64,000 bases of DNA from an uncultured Chloroflexia bacterium (GCA_963726245.1 CAVSBT010000030.1:160001-224000), one strand, 5' to 3'. Shown: positions 22,388-33,839, numbered from the stretch's first letter. Made by a program: numbers and translations. The notes: generated by a model not told the origin, from the letters alone.

Positions 22388-23286
22388 CAGCGGCCACTCC
22401 TCTCCCAAATAGCTCCATAAATGACAGTATCTCGGCGGCGATGGCCTCGCCCTTCTCCTCCTGTAAGAAATGCCCTGCCCCTTCGATGACCTTGAATTGG
22501 GCGCCTGGGATCAGCCCCTGAAAGCGACGACCGGCCTCCACCGGAAAGATGGGATCTTGGTCGCTGAACATCACGAGGGCCGGCTTGTCCCAGCGGGCCA
22601 GCGCCTCCAGCGTCTCCATCATCTCCCGGGCTCCCGGCGCCTCCGCGCTGGTGGGGATGATGGCGGGGAAGGCCCGCGCGCCTGCCTTCGACTCCGGGTC
22701 AGGGAAGGGGGCATCGTAGGCGCGCACGATGTCCTCGGTGGCCAGGTCGCGGTTGTGGAGCCCCTGCTGAACGATGCTTCCCACGGGCAGGTCCGGCGTC
22801 TGCGTCGCGTACTCGCGCCAGGCGCGCATGCCCTCCGGCAAGACGGCGCCCTCCGCAAAGAGCCCTGTGTTCAGGATAACCAGCCGCGCCACGCGCTCTG
22901 GGTGCTGGGTAGCAAAGCGGAGGCCGAGGGGACCCGCCCCAGTCCTGTACGACAACGGTGATGTCGCGCAGGTCCAGCGCCCCGATGAAGCCTTCCACCA
23001 CCCGGTAGTGGGCATCGAAGGTGTACTTCTCTATCTCCGTCCACTTGTCGGAGCGGCCAAAGCCCACGTAGTCCGGGGCCACGGCGCGGTGGCGCCGGGC
23101 GATGGGCGGGATCATCTTCCGGTAGAGGTACGACCAGGTGGGCTCGCCGTGGAGCATCAACACCGGCGGGCCCCGACCCTCATCGACGTAGTGGACCCGC
23201 ATCCCCTCGACCTCGACATAGTGGGGCTGGAAGGGGTAGCCGGGCAGGTCCCGGAAGCGCTCGTCGGGAGTGCGGTAAACGGCCAT
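22380..23286 (-). CDS. Haloalkane dehalogenase family hydrolase; frameshift near 22935
   Basis: RTPDERF, LHGEPTWSYLYRKM, GFGRSDK, QDWGG, AGHFLQE. Confidence 0.88.
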
Positions 23287-23454
23287 TCAACACCTCGCGA
23301 TCCACCCTGACCTGTGCCGCTGAGACGATGGTAGGCCAGAGGCGGACAGCAGAGCAACTGCTCAAGGCGATCTCCTATAATGGGCTTGCGGTAAAGCGGC
23401 ACGGCGGCCGCCAGCGAGACGCCGCATTCCATCACGTCAAAGGAGGATACTGCA

Positions 23455-23844
23455 ATGCCGGCCAAGATCTCAGAGGATATCAGGAAGCTGCTGGAGGCTC
23501 CCAACTTCGCCAGCCTGGCCACCCTGATGCCGGACGGCTCGCCCCAGGTCAGCCCGGTCTGGGTGGACTTCGACGGGACGTACATCCTGGTCAACACGGC
23601 CGAGGGCCGCCAGAAGCCCCGCAACGTGCGCCATGACCCGCGAGTCGCCCTATCGATCTTCGACCACCAGAACCCTTACACTGCCGCCACCGTGCGCGGC
23701 CGTGTGGTGGAGATCACCCACGACGGCGCCGATCAGCACATCGATCGCATGGCGAAGAAGTATCTGGGCCGCGACATCTACCCATTCCGCCAGCCGGGCG
23801 AGCGCCGCGTCATCTTCAAGATCGAGCCTGAGCACGTCACTTGA
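23455..23844 (+). CDS. PPOX-class F420-dependent oxidoreductase
   Basis: LATLMPDGSPQVSPVW, GRQKPRNVRHDPRVAL, MAKKYLG. Confidence 0.9.
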   Translation: MPAKISEDIRKLLEAPNFASLATLMPDGSPQVSPVWVDFDGTYILVNTAEGRQKPRNVRHDPRVALSIFDHQNPYTAATVRGRVVEITHDGADQHIDRMAKKYLGRDIYPFRQPGERRVIFKIEPEHVT

Positions 23845-23900
23845 TGGGGGGTTAAGCCCCCGACAAATGCAGGACATAATAGGGAGAACGGAGTAGAATA

Positions 23901-24007
23901 GGGGACACTGTCTCCGGTCGAGCTTCCAGCTTAGGGAGAGGCTCCGGGGGCAGCGGCGACTGTACACCCTAAGATTGTGAGTCGCGCTCGGCGGAGGCAC
24001 TATCCCC
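23901..24007 (+). ncRNA. Candidate structured 5' leader (unassigned riboswitch-like RNA) of abfD
   Basis: Long closing stem gggga..tgtctccg.tcgagc / gctcgg.cggaggca..tcccc enclosing two hairpins with complementary segments (cttaggg / ccctaag). Confidence 0.45.
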
Positions 24008-24041
24008 CGTCCCGCGCGACGGACACAGGAGGTCACAGGTC

Positions 24042-25472
24042 ATGATCACTTCTGAGCAGTATCGGGAGCGTCTGCTCGGCATGAGGCCGAACGTCTACAT
24101 CGACGGGGAGGTCGTCCCTCGCGACGACCCGCGCATGCTCCCCGGGGTCAACGTCACCGCCCTCACCTACGACCTGGCCCGCGATGCCGAGCTGGAACCG
24201 CTCACCACCGTCACCTCTCACCTCACGGGCGAGACGATTAACCGCTTCTGCCACATCCACCAGAGCGTCGACGACCTGCTGGCCAAGCAGAAGATGACGC
24301 GCCTCTGCTGTCAGCGCGGCGGAGGCTGCATCCAGCGCTGCATGGGCATCGACGCCATGAACGCCCTCTCCGTCGTCACGTATGACACAGACCAGGCCAT
24401 GGGCACCGACTACCACAAGCGCTTCCTCGCCTACCTCGAGTACTTCCAGGCGAACGACATCTGCGCCAACTGCGCCCAGACCGACGTCAAGGGCGACCGC
24501 AGCAAGCGGCCCCACCAGCAGGCCGACCCTGACCTCTACCTGCGCATCGTCGAGCGGCGCTCCGACGGCATCGTGGTGCGGGGCGCCAAGGCCCACAACA
24601 CCATCGCGCCCCACGCCGACGAGATCATCGCCCTGCCCACCCGCTTCCTCACGGAGGAGGAGAGCGACTGGGCGGTGGCCTTCGCCATCCCCGCCGACAC
24701 TGAAGGGGTTCACCTGGTCTGCCGGGCCAGCTCGCCGCGGCCGCGGATGCGCCTGCACGCCCCCATCGCCGAGTACGGCGACGTGGAGTCGCTGACCATC
24801 TTCGACGACGTCTTCGTGCCCTGGGAGCGGGTCTTCATGGCCGGCGAGCGGCAGTTCGCCGGGCCGCTGGCTCTCCTCTTCGCCCTCTATCACCGCCACA
24901 GCTACACCGGCTGCAAGCCCGCCACCTCCGACGTGCTCATGGGCGCCGCCGCCCTGGTCGCCGAGTACAACGGCGTGGAGACGGCCCAGCACGTCCGCCA
25001 CAAGCTGGCCGACCTCATCGGAGTGGCGGAGTTGGTCTACGCCGCCGGCATCGCCGGGGCGGTCACCGGCAAGCGGGCCCCCTCCGGCACCTACGTTCCC
25101 GATGTCATCTACTGCAACGTGGGCCGCCGCCACGCTGGCGAGAACATCTACCATGAGACCGAGATCCTGGCGGACCTGGCGGGCGGGCTGGCCGCTACCC
25201 TGCCGACGGAGGGCGACTTCTACAACGAGGTCACCGGTCCCCTGCTCGAGAAGTACATGATGCGCAACCCCAAGATCTCGGCCGAGAACCAGCACCGCTG
25301 CTTCCGCATGATCGGTGACCTCATCTGCTCGGGGCTGGGAGGCGTGAAACAGATCGCCGGGCTTCACGGCGGCGGCTCGCCGGTGATGGAGACCATCGCC
25401 CTCCTGGGCAACTACGATCTGGAGGCGAAGAAGGCCATCGCCCGCCGCCTGGCCGGCATCGACCGCGACTAG
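24042..25472 (+). CDS. abfD: 4-hydroxybutyryl-CoA dehydratase
   Basis: [4Fe-4S] ligand motifs CIQRC and HRHSYTGCK; TDVKGDR; GAKAH; HGGGSP. Confidence 0.85.
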   Translation: MITSEQYRERLLGMRPNVYIDGEVVPRDDPRMLPGVNVTALTYDLARDAELEPLTTVTSHLTGETINRFCHIHQSVDDLLAKQKMTRLCCQRGGGCIQRCMGIDAMNALSVVTYDTDQAMGTDYHKRFLAYLEYFQANDICANCAQTDVKGDRSKRPHQQADPDLYLRIVERRSDGIVVRGAKAHNTIAPHADEIIALPTRFLTEEESDWAVAFAIPADTEGVHLVCRASSPRPRMRLHAPIAEYGDVESLTIFDDVFVPWERVFMAGERQFAGPLALLFALYHRHSYTGCKPATSDVLMGAAALVAEYNGVETAQHVRHKLADLIGVAELVYAAGIAGAVTGKRAPSGTYVPDVIYCNVGRRHAGENIYHETEILADLAGGLAATLPTEGDFYNEVTGPLLEKYMMRNPKISAENQHRCFRMIGDLICSGLGGVKQIAGLHGGGSPVMETIALLGNYDLEAKKAIARRLAGIDRD

Positions 25473-25502
25473 CAGCGCCCATCAGCGCAACCGACACGAA
25501 GA

Positions 25503-25527
25503 GAGGGCGGCCCAACGGCCGCCCTCC
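25503..25527. terminator. Hairpin between convergent genes
   Basis: gagggcggcc-caac-ggccgccctc. Confidence 0.6.
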
Positions 25528-25549
25528 TCTGATTCAGCGCTTCCCCTCT

Positions 25550-27433
25550 TTAGGCGGCCCGGGCCCGATTCTCCGCCTTCAGTATCTTGACGAAGATGTC
25601 GACGAGGCGGGGGTCGAACCTGGTGCCAGCGCCGGCCTCGAACTCGGCGATGATCTCGTCTGCGGAGAGCGCCTTGCGGTACGGCCGGTCCAGACACATC
25701 GCGGAGTAGGCATCGGCAATGGCCATGACGCGGCCCAGCAGCGGGATGTCCTCGCCCCGGAGACCCCTGGGGTAGCCGCTACCGTCGTAGCTCTCGTGGT
25801 GACAGCCCACCGCCTGGATGACATCCTCCAAGAAGGGCGCCTCCCGGATCAGCATCTCGCCGACCAGGGGATGACGCTTGATCACGTCATACTCCTCGCT
25901 AGTCAGCGGGCCGGGCTTCTTCAGGATATCGTCGGGGACGACGAGCTTGCCGACGTCGTGCAGTACACCGGCGATGCGTGTCGCCCGCACCGCCCCGTCG
26001 GAGAGGCCAGCCCGAAGCGATAGCTTCGCGGCGTACTCGGCCACCAGGTCGCTATGGGTCTTGGTGTAGCGGTCGCGGTACTGGATAGCCTGCACCAGGC
26101 CGTCCAGGGTGGCAAAAACGCTCTCGACGCGCTCATCACCCGCGGCCACCACGCGGGGCCCCTGGCGGTCGACTGCCACCAGCCGCTTGGCCTCGTAGGT
26201 GGCGGCGTCGGCCACGGCCAGCAGGTGGTCCTTGGACTCGGTGTCCTCAGGGAAAGACGCCAGGCCCACTGACAGGCTGACGGGAACCCGCGCTCCGTCG
26301 CTGGCCTGAAACTCAATCTCGCCGACGGCATCCGTCAGGCGGTCGGCGAAGGCCTTCGCCGCCGCTTTGTTGGCGCCCGGGAGTATGACCAGGAACGTGT
26401 CGCCGCCGTAGCGGCTCAGTATCCCCGAGTCGCCGCTGATCCGCCGGAGAACCCCTGCCACCAGCCTCAGCACCTCGTCGCCGAGCGCATGTCCGTAGGT
26501 ATCGTTGAACAGCTTGAACCCGGCAATGTCGCCGAGGAGGATGGAAAGCGGCTCACCTCGGGAGGACGCCCGCTCGAAAGCCTCGTCCAGGGAGACGTGA
26601 CCGTAGCGGTGGTTCAGAAGTCCGGTGATTGGATCCGTGGTGGCCTGCGTCTCCATCTCGTCCGCCATGGCGTTGAAGGAGCGGGCCAGCTCCCCCAGGT
26701 GGCCCTTGCTGAGAGTGGGTGCCCGCAAGCTTATCTCGCCTTCGCGAATGCGGCGGGTAGTGGAGGTCAACTCGGCCAGCGGCCTCTTGATGAAGGCGCG
26801 AAGAGCAAGCCATAGGGCCAGCCATAAGCCGACGACGAGTGCACCGCCCATGAGCGCATTCGCGAGCACAATGGCCATCGCGTCCTCGTGCAGACCCGGC
26901 ATGTCGACACGCACCCTGGCAACGCCGGAGATCTGGCCCCCCGAGTCCGTCACCCCTGTCCAGTATTCCTCCTCGAACTCGCCACCTCTCAAGAGTTGGA
27001 GCAGGGTAAGTTCGCCCACACGGCGGCCACCCTCCGACCCCGAGTCCACCGCCCAGATGAAGGACGAGCTGAAGCCCTGGAGCGCCTCTTGCATGGGCGC
27101 CAGGTCCGCCCGTGACGGCGCCGACCCGGGGCTCGTCGTCAAGAGGCGGCTGCCATCCGGTGCGTAGGCCTCCAGAAGAGTGATATTGGCGACCTTGGCT
27201 GCAGCGAGGCTCTGCAGTTCATCGAGGGAAAGGGGTAAGGCGCCGCTCTCCGCGTAGGACGGCGCGTACTTACCAGCCAGGACCTCTGCAACCGTGTAGA
27301 GCGCACGGCTGGATTGCTGTGCTTCTTGTACTCGCTGGTCTACCTGGCGCTTGATCGATACGACGCTGCCGACCACGACAATGCTCAGCGCGACGATCAT
27401 GACCGAGAGCCAGACCTTCGTCGTTAGGTGCAA
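25550..27433 (-). CDS. Membrane HAMP-GGDEF(degenerate)-HD-GYP c-di-GMP phosphodiesterase
   Basis: Two TM helices, HAMP (LGELARSFNAM), RYGGDTF, HDVGK, HHESYDGSGYP. Confidence 0.92.
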   Translation of the reverse strand: MHLTTKVWLSVMIVALSIVVVGSVVSIKRQVDQRVQEAQQSSRALYTVAEVLAGKYAPSYAESGALPLSLDELQSLAAAKVANITLLEAYAPDGSRLLTTSPGSAPSRADLAPMQEALQGFSSSFIWAVDSGSEGGRRVGELTLLQLLRGGEFEEEYWTGVTDSGGQISGVARVRVDMPGLHEDAMAIVLANALMGGALVVGLWLALWLALRAFIKRPLAELTSTTRRIREGEISLRAPTLSKGHLGELARSFNAMADEMETQATTDPITGLLNHRYGHVSLDEAFERASSRGEPLSILLGDIAGFKLFNDTYGHALGDEVLRLVAGVLRRISGDSGILSRYGGDTFLVILPGANKAAAKAFADRLTDAVGEIEFQASDGARVPVSLSVGLASFPEDTESKDHLLAVADAATYEAKRLVAVDRQGPRVVAAGDERVESVFATLDGLVQAIQYRDRYTKTHSDLVAEYAAKLSLRAGLSDGAVRATRIAGVLHDVGKLVVPDDILKKPGPLTSEEYDVIKRHPLVGEMLIREAPFLEDVIQAVGCHHESYDGSGYPRGLRGEDIPLLGRVMAIADAYSAMCLDRPYRKALSADEIIAEFEAGAGTRFDPRLVDIFVKILKAENRARAA

Positions 27434-27514
27434 GAACGCACCTTCCCACCCGTCCCCACGCGCTACGAACCCGCCAGTCGGCTAACAGACGCCAACGGCT
27501 TAGTCCTCTTGGCA

Positions 27515-27542
27515 TTATCGGCTGTCGCGAAGGCAACAATTA
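27515..27542 (-). promoter_or_regulatory. Putative sigma28 promoter
   Basis: Minus strand TAAT-N16-GCCGATAA (perfect -10) ahead of the HD-GYP gene. Confidence 0.55.
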
Positions 27543-27658
27543 GGGAACGGAGGGCGTACGCCAAACGGTCGAAACCCCGCGGCGCTTGGCTGTAGCTGCG
27601 CTTCGTCGTATGATGGCGCTCGGAAAATAGAAGCTAAGTACCCGCAAAGGAGCTAACC

Positions 27659-28834
27659 ATGGTTGACTTCGCCCTCTCTGAAGAAGAACGGATGATCAGA
27701 GATCTGACGCACGAGTTCGCGGAAAAGGAGATCCGCCCCGTCGCCGAGTACTACGACGAGCACGAGGGGGAGTACCCGACCCCCGTAATCAAGAAGGCCG
27801 CCGAGTTGGGCCTGAGCCATGGGCGTCTTCGGTGGTGCCGGTGGCATTAGCGGCGTCCTCATCGTCGAGGAGCTGTCATGGGGCTGCTCTGGCATCGCGC
27901 TGGCCATCGTCTCCAGCGGCCTCGCCGCCGCGGCCATCCACGCCATGGGCACGGACGAGCAGAAGGCCAAGTTCCTGCCCATGTGCGTGAGCACAGAGGA
28001 TGAGATCCGCATTGGCGCCTACGGCCTGACCGAGCCTGAGGCAGGGTCCGATGTCGCCAATCTCTCCACCACCGCCGTCCGCGATGGCGACTTCTACGTC
28101 CTCAACGGCACCAAGCGCTTCATCACGAACGGTGGCATCGCCGACGTGCACGTGATCTACGCCACTGAGGACAAGAGCAAGGGCTGGGGCGGCCTGTGCG
28201 CCTTCGCCATCGAGAAAGGCACGCCGGGGCTGACTGAGGGCACGGTGTGGAAGAAGATGGGCATTCGCGCCTCCCACACCTCCGACGTCATCCTGGACGA
28301 TTGCCGGGTCCCGGCGGGGAACCGTCTCGGAGACCCGCCCGGCCAGGCCAGGGAAGGCCAGCCGCCCGCGGCGCCTTTGGAGCGCTGACCGCTCTGGAGC
28401 GCACGCGGCCCGTCATCGGCTCCTTCGCCCTCGGCATAGGCCGCGCCGCCCTCGAGTACGCGGTGAACTACGCGAAGGAGCGCATCCAGTTCGGCAAGCC
28501 CATCGCCACAAGGCAGGCCATCGCCTTCAAGCTGGCGGACATGGCGATTGAGATAGACGCCGCCCGCATGCTCATCTGGCGCGCCGCCTGGATGGCCACA
28601 ACCGGCGTCCCCTTCCTGCGGGCCGAGGGCAGCATGGCCAAGTGCTACCCTTCGGACGTGGCCATGCGGGTGACCATCGACGCCCTCCAGATCCTCGGGG
28701 GCTACGGCTACATGCGGGAGTTCCCAGTGGAGAAGTGGGTGCGCGACGCCAAGATCTTCCAGATCTTCGAGGGCACCAACGAGATCCAGCGCATCGTCAT
28801 CTCGCGCGCCCTCATCGGGTCCAAACTGAGCTAG
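27659..28834 (+). CDS. Acyl-CoA dehydrogenase; frameshifts near 27815 and 28370
   Basis: TEPEAGSDV, NGTKRFITNG, QILGGYGY, IFEGTNEIQR. Confidence 0.92.
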
Positions 28835-28863
28835 CAGACTGCTGGCGCAAAGACGTGAAGGCC

Positions 28864-28892
28864 GGACCCCGGGCTTTTCGAGCCCGGGGTCC
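28864..28892 (+). terminator. Intrinsic terminator-like hairpin
   Basis: ggaccccgggct-tttcg-agcccggggtcc. Confidence 0.6.
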
Positions 28893-29002
28893 GCTTTCCC
28901 TTCGCGGCCCCCTCGATTCCGGCCCCTTGACCGCCGGGCGGCCCGCGAGCACTCTAGCACGAGAACCGTGAGGTTCACGGCTGAACGGCCGGAGGGGAGA
29001 AG

Positions 29003-30051
29003 ATGCGCCGCATCCTCCTGGCACTGCTGGCGCTCATAGCGCTCATCGCGATGGCCTGTGGGGACGACGGAAGCCCTGCACCCACCGTCACGCCAACCAG
29101 GCTGGCGGTCGTCTGCCCTCAAAGACAGCGGTGCCCAGCGTCACGCCCACCCAGGCGCCACCACTACCCCCGGCCATGGCCAACGCCCCCACTTTCCAGG
29201 AGATCCCGACCTACGACGGGTCGGGGCAGGCGACGCACCCCGATATCGCCTACTTTCCCGACGGCTGGCATGGGTACAAGTATTGGATGGCTATGACGCC
29301 GTACACGTACGATAGCGCCGGCCGCGAGAATCCCAGCATCGTCGTCTCGAACGACGGCTCCTCATGGCTGGTGCCGCCCGGCCTGACGAACCCGCTCGTG
29401 CCGGCGCCAGCGTGCGACCACAACAGCGACCCCGACCTCGTCTACAACCCTGACACCGACGAGCTGTATCTCTACTACACCGAATCGCAGCGCGCCCAGT
29501 TCTGCGGCTCCGTCAACGAGAACCTCCTGCGCCTGATGAGGTCGCCGGACGGCGTCCGCTGGAGCGCCCCGCAGACGGTGATAAGCTGGGACCTGGGCAA
29601 GGACCCCTTCTATGTGTCGCCGGCGGTGGTCTACCGGCGCGGCTCCTTCGAGATGTGGCTGGCCGGCGACACCGGCGTCATCCGCGCGACCAGCGAAGAC
29701 GGCGTCACCTGGTCCGCCCTTCAGCCGGTGAGCATCGACGGCGCGCCGTGGCACCTCGACGTGGCCTACGTCGAAGGGGAGTCGCAGTACTGGATGCTCT
29801 TCGTCGATTCGCCCCTCGCCGGCTCCAGGCTGAGGCTGGCCACGAGCGAGGACGGGGTCACCTGGAACGTCGTGCCGGCTCCGCTCCTGGCGCCCGGCGC
29901 TGGCTGGGACGACGAGCGGATATACAGGGCGACCTTCCTATACGACAGCGGGAGGCTGCGGGTCTGGTATGCGGCGAGGAGCGGCGCCGGACAGTGGCAC
30001 GTGGGCTACTCAGAGGCGGTACGCGAAGCTCTCGGCTTGACCGGAGGCTGA
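29003..30051 (+). CDS. Lipoprotein with beta-propeller glycoside-hydrolase-like domain; frameshift near 29120
   Basis: Signal peptide with lipobox-like IAMAC; THPDI, YWMAMTPY, ENPS, SDPD and repeated SxDGxxW boxes. Confidence 0.7.
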
Positions 30052-30061
30052 CGAGGAACAG

Positions 30062-30138
30062 TGGAGCGGGGGACGGGGTTCGAACCCGCGACAACCTGCT
30101 TGGAAGGCAGGAGCTCTACCAGACTGAGCTACCCCCGC
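30062..30138 (-). tRNA. tRNA-Gly (TCC)
   Basis: 77-nt cloverleaf with anticodon arm cctgc-cttccaa-gcagg, TTCGAAC T-loop and encoded CCA. Confidence 0.97.
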
Positions 30139-30153
30139 TCGTCGCGCTACATT

Positions 30154-30616
30154 CTAGCACAGCCGCCCGTACCGCCGCCGCGCTCGGACGCGATGGCGCT
30201 GCCGGAATCCCTGTGCCGTCGCCGTCGCCGGCGGCGGGAGAGCGCACGCCGGAATCGCTTGCGGTTCCGGCGTCGCTGTAGGTGAAGGTGAGAACGTAGG
30301 CTGAGCAGGAGGGGTAGGCTCCGGAGCAACCGTCGATGTAGCGCCACTGGTGGGAAACAGCGGGGTATTGCCTGCGGCCGGGTTTCCTTCAAACGCCATC
30401 GTGATTACAACACTTGTACCCCACCACCAGAAGGACGGCAACTCCCGTCCAAGCCCATTTGAACCGCTTCCGCCACGGTGCCCACAACCACATGAGCACC
30501 AGCCCAATGGGGAAGTAGACCAACAGTGCGGCAATGATTATCGCCTCATGCTGCCACCAGGGTCTCTTCCTTCGTGAACCAGTCAAAGAGCTCATCAGCG
30601 CGTTGCACCCACCCAC
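30154..30616 (-). pseudogene. Fragmented membrane protein with Pro/Thr-rich linker
   Basis: TM segment IIIAALLVYFPIGLVLMWLW in one frame and PTPPAQPTFSPSPTATPEP in another; ends at the tRNA promoter. Confidence 0.45.
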
Positions 30617-30822
30617 AAGGCCAGCGGTTTCGGCTGAGACGGTACGCTACCAGGCGCGGGCGCGTCAACCACATCAGCGCGTCAGTGGAAGATGGGCCGG
30701 TGTCGATCGATGAGAGTTGTGGTTTCCTCCGTAGAGTCGCGCATGGCGCGCTGCGGCCGGGGCACGCTATCTGGTAGCATAACGAGGCGTTCAGGAGGTT
30801 CCGCCCTCTGGAGACCGCACGC

Positions 30823-31383
30823 ATGAACGTGCTCCATCGCTGGTACTGCAATTCCGACCGCTGGAGGCGGACGTTGCAGGGCACATACCTGCCGGCCGTC
30901 CTCCACGACCTCGATCTCGGGGATGACGTGCTGGAGATCGGGCCGGGGCCGGGCGCCGCCACCGACTGGCTGCGAACGCGCGTCGCGCGGCTGACATGCG
31001 TCGAGATCGACCACAAGCTGGCCGACGCGCTGAAGCGGCGGATGGCCGGCACGAACGTCACGGTGATCGAAGGCGACGCGACGTCGCTCTCGTTGCCCGA
31101 CGCGTCGTTCAGCGCCGCGCTGTCGTTCGTGATGCTGCATCACGTGCCGTCGCGCCTGCACGACGCGCTGCTGCGCGAGGCCGCGCGCGTATTGCGCTCG
31201 GGCGGCGTCTTCGCCGGCATGGACAGCACGCCGAACTTCGTCTGGAACCTCTACCACCTCTTCGATGACCGCAACCCCGTCGACCCCTCGACGTTCCCAA
31301 CCCGCCTCCAATCCGCTGGCTTCACCGACGTGGACGTGCGCTCCGCCGGCGGCGGCTTCTGGTGGCGTGCGCGCAAGGGGTGA
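30823..31383 (+). CDS. Class I SAM-dependent methyltransferase
   Basis: VLEIGPGPG, EGDAT, LHHV, LRSGG. Confidence 0.9.
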   Translation: MNVLHRWYCNSDRWRRTLQGTYLPAVLHDLDLGDDVLEIGPGPGAATDWLRTRVARLTCVEIDHKLADALKRRMAGTNVTVIEGDATSLSLPDASFSAALSFVMLHHVPSRLHDALLREAARVLRSGGVFAGMDSTPNFVWNLYHLFDDRNPVDPSTFPTRLQSAGFTDVDVRSAGGGFWWRARKG

Positions 31384-31525
31384 GCCCCCGAACAGGCTAT
31401 CCCCGCTCGTTGAGAGTGTGACCAACCCCGCACGGCGCCCAAGTACCGACCCGACGCGCTGGGCCAGAGGACTTCTCTGCAGACGATCCGTGGCCGATGA
31501 TCCTTAGGGGAGGCCGAAGCAAACC

Positions 31526-33839
31526 TTGGCACAGCACCAGGCGGCCACCTTGTCCACATCCAAGTACCCGAAACGGCGTCTGCAGCGAGCTCTGGTGGTC
31601 GGCGGCGGGCTGTTCTTCGCTATCTACGCTGCGGGCACCTTGCTGCGCCCGAGCGAAAACTACCTCCGCTTCCAGACGGACATCCTGTATGAGTTGCCAG
31701 CGCTTGTCAGCGCTCGGCGTATCCGCCGTCGCGATCGCCGGCAGCCGCGGCCGCGAGCGGTTGGGGTGGATCTGCATGGCCTTCGTGCTGTTCGCCTGGC
31801 TGCTCGGTGACAGCACCTATTCCTACTATGACCTCGCGCTCGACCGGGAGACGCCGTTTCCAGGATGGGCCGACGTCTGGTACTACGCCGGATACCTAGC
31901 GTTCATAGCGGCGATTCCACTCCTCACGTTTCCAAAGGAGAAGCTGCGGGACTACCGATGGCTGGTGGACGCGGGCATCATCATGGTCGTCGGCGGCGCC
32001 CTCGCCTGGCAGTACGTGCTCGATCCCATGGTGGCGTCCGAAGGCAGCTACCGCGAGTTCGGCACACTCGTGTCCCTCGGGTATCCGCTCCTAGACATGG
32101 TTCTGCTGGCCGCGCTGGTGACGGCGCTCTACGTCACCAACTGGCAGTGGTCGACGCGGGGTATCCTGCTCATCGCTGCGACGGCAGCGATGGCGGTGTC
32201 CGACATAGCCTACACGTACCTGACTGCGGTAAACGGGTACAACCAGATCGGGAGCCCGCTGGACCTGGGATGGATCGCCTCTTACGTCCTGCTCGCGATC
32301 TGCTTCGCGACGCCCGGCCGGCCCATGCGGCGCGTCTCGAAACGTAGGCCGTCGATCGTCGGCCTCGTCCTACCGTACGCGGCTGCCACACCACTGCTGG
32401 CGCTGGTCATCGCGGAGACGGTGCGGGGCGAACCGTCGCTGATGCTGACGCTCAGCGGAACGGCTTGTGTGGCCCTGGTACTGGTCCGGCAATTCTTGAC
32501 CTTGAGCGACAACCTCTCGTTCGAAAAGAAACTGCGGTACGCGGCCACACACGACCAGCTCACGGGCATAGGTAACCGGCACCGCTTCGAAGAGGACATG
32601 GAGTCGCACCTTGCCCTCGCCAGGGAGACCGGGACCGGCGGAGCGCTCTTGTTTCTCGACCTGGACGATTTCAAGGCTCTGAACGACGAACTCGGACACA
32701 GAGCCGGCGACGTGTTTCTGGCGGACTTCACTGCCATGCTGCGTAGTCAATTCGGGACCACGGGCCGCTGGGCACGCTGGGGCGGCGATGAGTTCGCCCT
32801 ACTCGTGCCGGAAGTCGACGCCCGCGGAGCGCGGAAGCTCGCTGATCGCATTTTGCGGGCGACCGAGCGGCACGTGGCAATCGTGGACGGTAAGCCGGTG
32901 CGAACGTCGGCCAGCATCGGCATCGCGCTCACCTCCAGGGACAGCGAAACGGCTGATGAAGTCTTGACCCGCGCGGGACTGGCTCTCAAGGAAGCAAAGG
33001 AACGAGGAAGGAATCGCGCTGTGCGATTCGGGGGACGGCAGCCGTCACGTTCCGGGTCATGGCTCGACTGGAATTACCGCGTCAGCCAGGCGCTGGCACG
33101 GAACGAGTTTGTCCTCTACTGCCAGCCGGTGTTCGACCTGCGGAGCCGGGCCGTACACCAGTACGAGGTCTTACTTCGCATGACCGGCGACCGCGGCGAA
33201 CTCATCCCACCGCAGATGTTCCTCCCGGCCGCTGAGCGGTCTGGAGCCATCCTTGAGATCGACCGCTGGGTCCTGAGCCATGCCACCGCCGTCGTCTTGG
33301 AGCGGCAGCGCCGCGGCCTCGACACGCAGCTTGCCGTTAACATCTCCGGCAAGTCGCTGGCGGACAATAGCTTTCTGCAGTTCGCCCTGCGGACCCTGGC
33401 GTCATCGGGCGGGGACGCCACCTGGCTAACCCTGGAGATCACCGAGACTGCCGTCATCCCCCGCATCCGGCAGGCCCAGAGGTTCGTGAAGGAGCTCAAG
33501 ACGCTGGGCTGCCGCTTCGCCCTCGACGACTTCGGGGCGGGCTTCACCTCCTTTGAGACTGTCAGGCAGTTTCCCGCCGATTACCTGAAGATCGATGGAC
33601 GATTTGTCCGCGACCTTGCCCGTCGCGAAGTCGACCAGTACCTGATCCGGGCGATCGTGGAGATAGCGACGGGGCTGGGACAGCGGACGGTCGCGGAATA
33701 CGTCTCGGATGCTACGTCAGTGGAACTGCTCCAAGACTGCGGCGTCGACTTCGGCCAGGGCTTCTATCTGGGACGCCCAATCCCCCTCGAAGAGGCGCTT
33801 GGGGCGCTCGACGTGACAGACCTGCGGTCGGCGGCATAG
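31526..33839 (+). CDS. Multi-TM sensor GGDEF-EAL protein; frameshift near 31715
   Basis: Many TM helices; intact RWGGDEF, YEVLLR, EITE, DDFGAG, LKIDG, QGFY. Confidence 0.92.

Noticed and set aside
23901-24007. Assignment of the abfD leader as SRP RNA, 5S rRNA, lysine or cobalamin riboswitch
   Set aside because: Lacks the diagnostic motifs of each (GGAA/AGCAG domain, CCGAAC, AGAGG 5' motif, B12 box)
27555-27600. Possible c-di-GMP-I riboswitch (gccaaacggtcgaaacccc)
   Set aside because: Partial resemblance only; no GACGCAAA segment or second stem
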